In this document: one piece after another, positions 60,441 to 64,000 of the stretch
Layout of the letters: each line of letters starts with the position of its first letter
How positions within the stretch are numbered: position 1 is the stretch's first letter
Origin: Lytechinus pictus
Lineage: Eukaryota
Length of the DNA stretch: 64,000 nucleotides
Direction of reading: 5' to 3'
Assembly (NCBI RefSeq): GCF_037042905.1
Contig: NC_087252.1
Coordinates: forward strand, 31,744,001 to 31,808,000
Program-made: the position numbers and the translations under genes
The notes under the pieces: model-generated
The model's database searches: none
Told to the model about the DNA's origin: nothing
The model's input: only the letters and a program-made list of their open reading frames with translations

Positions 60441-60923
60441 ACATATATGATGGGGTGACCATAATTTGCGCACTTTTCAAAAATCATGAAGTTGATTTTT
60501 AGGACCCCATTTGCCATTGGAAATAAGCCTTTCGGCTTTCATGGGCTATCCTGTCAAGGTATTCTTCAATTTTATTGTAATCTCCTGTGATATTCTTGAC
60601 GAATAAAATCAATCAATCAATCAATCAAAAATTTCTCAGTCACACTCACAGCTCACAAAAAATTAATCAAAATTATGAATACCAAACGGAAGGCAAGATT
60701 CGATCGATCCAATCCTAAAGTCAAATTCGCTTGACGGAATTATAAAGTAGGTCAAGGGTTTCGCTGGTATCGCGATCTAAAAATTCCACGGCGATCGACT
60801 AGTGCACGCTCGGCTGAAAATGTCAGAAAAAAGCGTAACCTTAATTTGCGCACGATCGTTTTGCAAGGGCTAAGCCTAAGGCTTGCCTTTAGAAAAGAAA
60901 TCAAGCAGACAAAGGTAACATAA

Positions 60924-62680
60924 TTCTTCTTCTTCAGTTGAGTACAGTCCTCTTTACAGAGTATAGTCGTACTTGGCTGAGGCCGCAATCACAAAAACAC
61001 ATGACATTTGGTGCAGTTGAACAAAACTAAACTATACTATAGTGCAAGTAAAAAGATGCATCTCAACTGGAGAGCTAACGGAGGGTGAGTGGTTTCAGGT
61101 GGCTCCTGAAAGACTCAGTTGAAGGAGCCAAAACAACTGTTGGAGGCAGGACGTTCCACAAGCAGATGGTACCGTACTTGGGAAAAAAGCTGTGTTGGTA
61201 GGAGAGGATTCTACAATGCTGTTTGAATTGTAGGCAAATTTCTCTGGTTGGTTCAGACGAGGCATACAGGAAAGGTGGTGCAGCTGGGATGGCGATTAGA
61301 CCATTGACGATTCTGTACATCATGATGACTTTGTTGTGAGCTGGTCGTTCATGAAGAGACTGCCACCGGCCCACCGTAGTTTTTTCGTCATCTGAGTGAC
61401 ACTGCTCTGTCGGTCATAATCTCCTTTTACAAATCTAGCTGCACGCCGCTGAACCATTTCAGTCTTTTAGATAAGCTCTTTGGTATGAGGGTCCCAAACT
61501 GAAGAAGAGTACTCAACAATTGGACGAACGTAGGTCTTATACGCTCTCTCCTTTATGCTAGCTGGGCATTTCCTCAAGTTGTGTCAAAGGAAGCCAAGAG
61601 TGCTGTTACTCTTTTACAGATGGCGTAAATATGGGGTTTCCAGCTGAGGTTTCGTTGAAGTATAACTCCAAGATACTTCGCTTCATCAAGGGTGCGGAGA
61701 GCAGTTCCATGGATGGAGTAAGCAGATGCTCCAATGATGAGATTTCTTTTGTTTGAAATCCTCAGCACCTCACAGCATTAAACGACATGAGCCATTTCCT
61801 CTCCCATTCCTGAACATTGGCTAGATCTCTGTGCAGGGACTCAATGTCATCATGGGAGTTTATTGATCTGTATAGGAGGGCGTCATCAGCATATAGCCTG
61901 ATAGAAGAAGAGACACAATCAGGGAGGTCATTGATGAAAATCAAGAACAGAAGCAGACCGAGGACTGTACCTTGGGGCATGCCCGATGTGACAGAAGTGG
62001 TGTTGCTCATCTTTCCATCAAGTATAACTTGCTGTGTACGCCCTTTAAGAAAGTCCTTTATCCATGAGAGTAAGTGACCTCGAACTCCATAGTGGTTCAG
62101 TTTAAGAAGGAGACGCTAATGAGGCACTCGGTCGAAGGCCTTTGAAAAGTAAAAAAGAATGGCATCGATCTGTTGCTTGTCTCCGAGTCCTGTCGCAAGG
62201 TCATGAACTGTTAATAACAGTTGCGACTCACAAGATCGTCTCTTTCTAAAGCCAAACTGACAGTCTGTTAGGAGGTTGCATGTATCCAGGTGATGCATGA
62301 TTTGGCTGTGTACGATATGCTCTGCAACCTTACAGATGATAGAGGTAAGGGAGATAGGTCTATAGTTCTCTGCCTTGTGTTTATCGCCCTTCTTGAAGAT
62401 GGGTACAACGTTGACTGCTTTCCATGCATGAGGTATCTTTCCCTCCTTTAACGATATGTTAAACAAAAGAGAGAGAGCTGGAGCTATCTCACTTGAGACT
62501 TCCTTAAGCAGGTAGATCGTCAGGACCACAGGCTGTATGTGGTTTCAGGTTGGCAAGAAGTTTCCTTACACCTTCACTGTCAATAACAAAGGCAGGAACT
62601 GAAGGATGTGGACTTTCTCCAAGGTCTGGTAAATGTGATGAGTCCTCCTTGGTGAAGACCGAGGTGAATTGGTCATTCAG
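60924..62680 (-). mobile_element. 5'-truncated, decayed non-LTR retrotransposon (CR1/L2-group RT)
   Basis: Frameshifted RT fragments NYRPISLTS, QFGFRK, FSKAFDRVPH, GMPQGTVLG, LYADD and KYLGV; (GAA)n 3' tail at about 60924. Confidence 0.88.
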
Positions 62681-64000
62681 TATAAAGTAATTGTATCAGA
62701 TGGAGGTTAAAATGCCATAAATTCGGTTGGTATCACATTTTACTTACTTATTTGGAGACTTCCGCTTGCAAACTGGCAAATTCTTGATGCTTGTCGAGAA
62801 GGTCGGATTTTCTCGGAGCGGATGCAAAAGGTAACAAAATTTGCTGATGTTTTGCCAATATTTTCATTAATAGAGACCTTACCTTCAAGAAAATTGCTAT
62901 ACTGAGTAATTCTAAGTCGCTCTCTCTCTTGGTGATATATCAGTATTTCAAAATATTAATTAGATATTGAGGTATTCGCCCGTGCGCAAAATTAGGTAAC
63001 GCGCGAATTAAGGTCACACTACCATACTTTTTCATCACGGAGCCTTGAAAACCTTCCCATAGACGCATGTGCGAGACCTACTTGTATACACCCGGATGGA
63101 TTTCCCTAGGAAATGAGGGTGAAATCGGTTTGTATCTATTTATTTTATCTAGAGATCTATGTCCTATGAGTATGAGTAGCTATCACAGCCGGTTGGACCT
63201 TAAGACATTCTCGTATCTGTCACCCTGTTAAATTGGCGAGATCAATAACATAATTTCTACAATCACTCAAAATTTTTATAAAATAAAATAGACATGCATG
63301 GGAAAATAATATTTTACTATACAAAATTATTACATTTAAAACTTACATCGTGTACTTTGAGGTCCATAATAATCTATTTTACAGAGACGATCTTGTCACT
63401 CGTACATCCCCGAAAAAGTTGCCATCTTGAAAATATCGAGTTTCGCCGCTTCGCGGGATTTGACTTCAGGGTTTTATTTTCTCTCTCATATCATCGCCAT
63501 TCGATGAAACATCAAATTTCTTTCTTTGCGAACATGATTTCGAGTTTGAAAAGTTGTTTTGGTGCTGGAAATACGAAATTGTGTTTTTTAAAGTGATTTT
63601 TTGTTTGCATAATTCATGAATATTTTCAATTTTTGTTCGGCCTTTATTTATCTTTTATTTCTCAGGCAACGTTTTCTTGACGCCGATGTATGAACTATAA
63701 AAGGTTTTTTCTTCGGGCGATGGTTATTTTCCAACTTCACAAATGTGTCGCATATCGCCCTCAAATCTAAAACGCAAGGCGATGTCGGACTAATGAGTCA
63801 TAATTTTTCTTGAGTTTGAGCGAGGATGAACTGGCATTAATAATGACCCTTTTGAAATGGTTGTTTGATAAATATTATAACAGTTCGTACCTCTAATGAA
63901 TAACGAATGTCGCATTGAACTTGTGCAGTGATGAGGTGAATTGAAATGAATGGTCACGGCGCCGGTAGAACACGTAATCTACACGTGGCATGTGTGTGTG

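Overview
This is AT-rich, intron-containing eukaryotic genomic DNA with four N-gaps. The repeat content suggests a marine invertebrate deuterostome such as a sea urchin (inference). Three host genes are present: the 3' part of a hormone-sensitive lipase gene (LIPE-like, + strand, 4611-7774); the 26S proteasome ATPase PSMC4/Rpt3 (- strand, nine exons found at 19414-26988, including a U12-type intron; first exon not located); and a PR/SET-domain protein with 11 C2H2 zinc fingers (PRDM family, - strand, 51185-56956). A cluster of young mobile elements lies between PSMC4 and the PRDM gene. (1) A 2566-bp palindromic Tc1 derivative made of two head-to-head transposase copies with complementary defects (1257-bp arms, 52-bp spacer). 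(2) An 8.4-kb Gypsy-like LTR element with identical LTRs, an intact Gag carrying an apparent N-terminal helix-hairpin-helix, and a protease ORF, but no RT, RNase H or integrase. (3) A 446-bp element with a hairpin at each end, inserted in that element's 5' LTR. The rest of the window holds many MITEs, tRNA-derived SINEs, a Helitron-like element and a decayed LINE.
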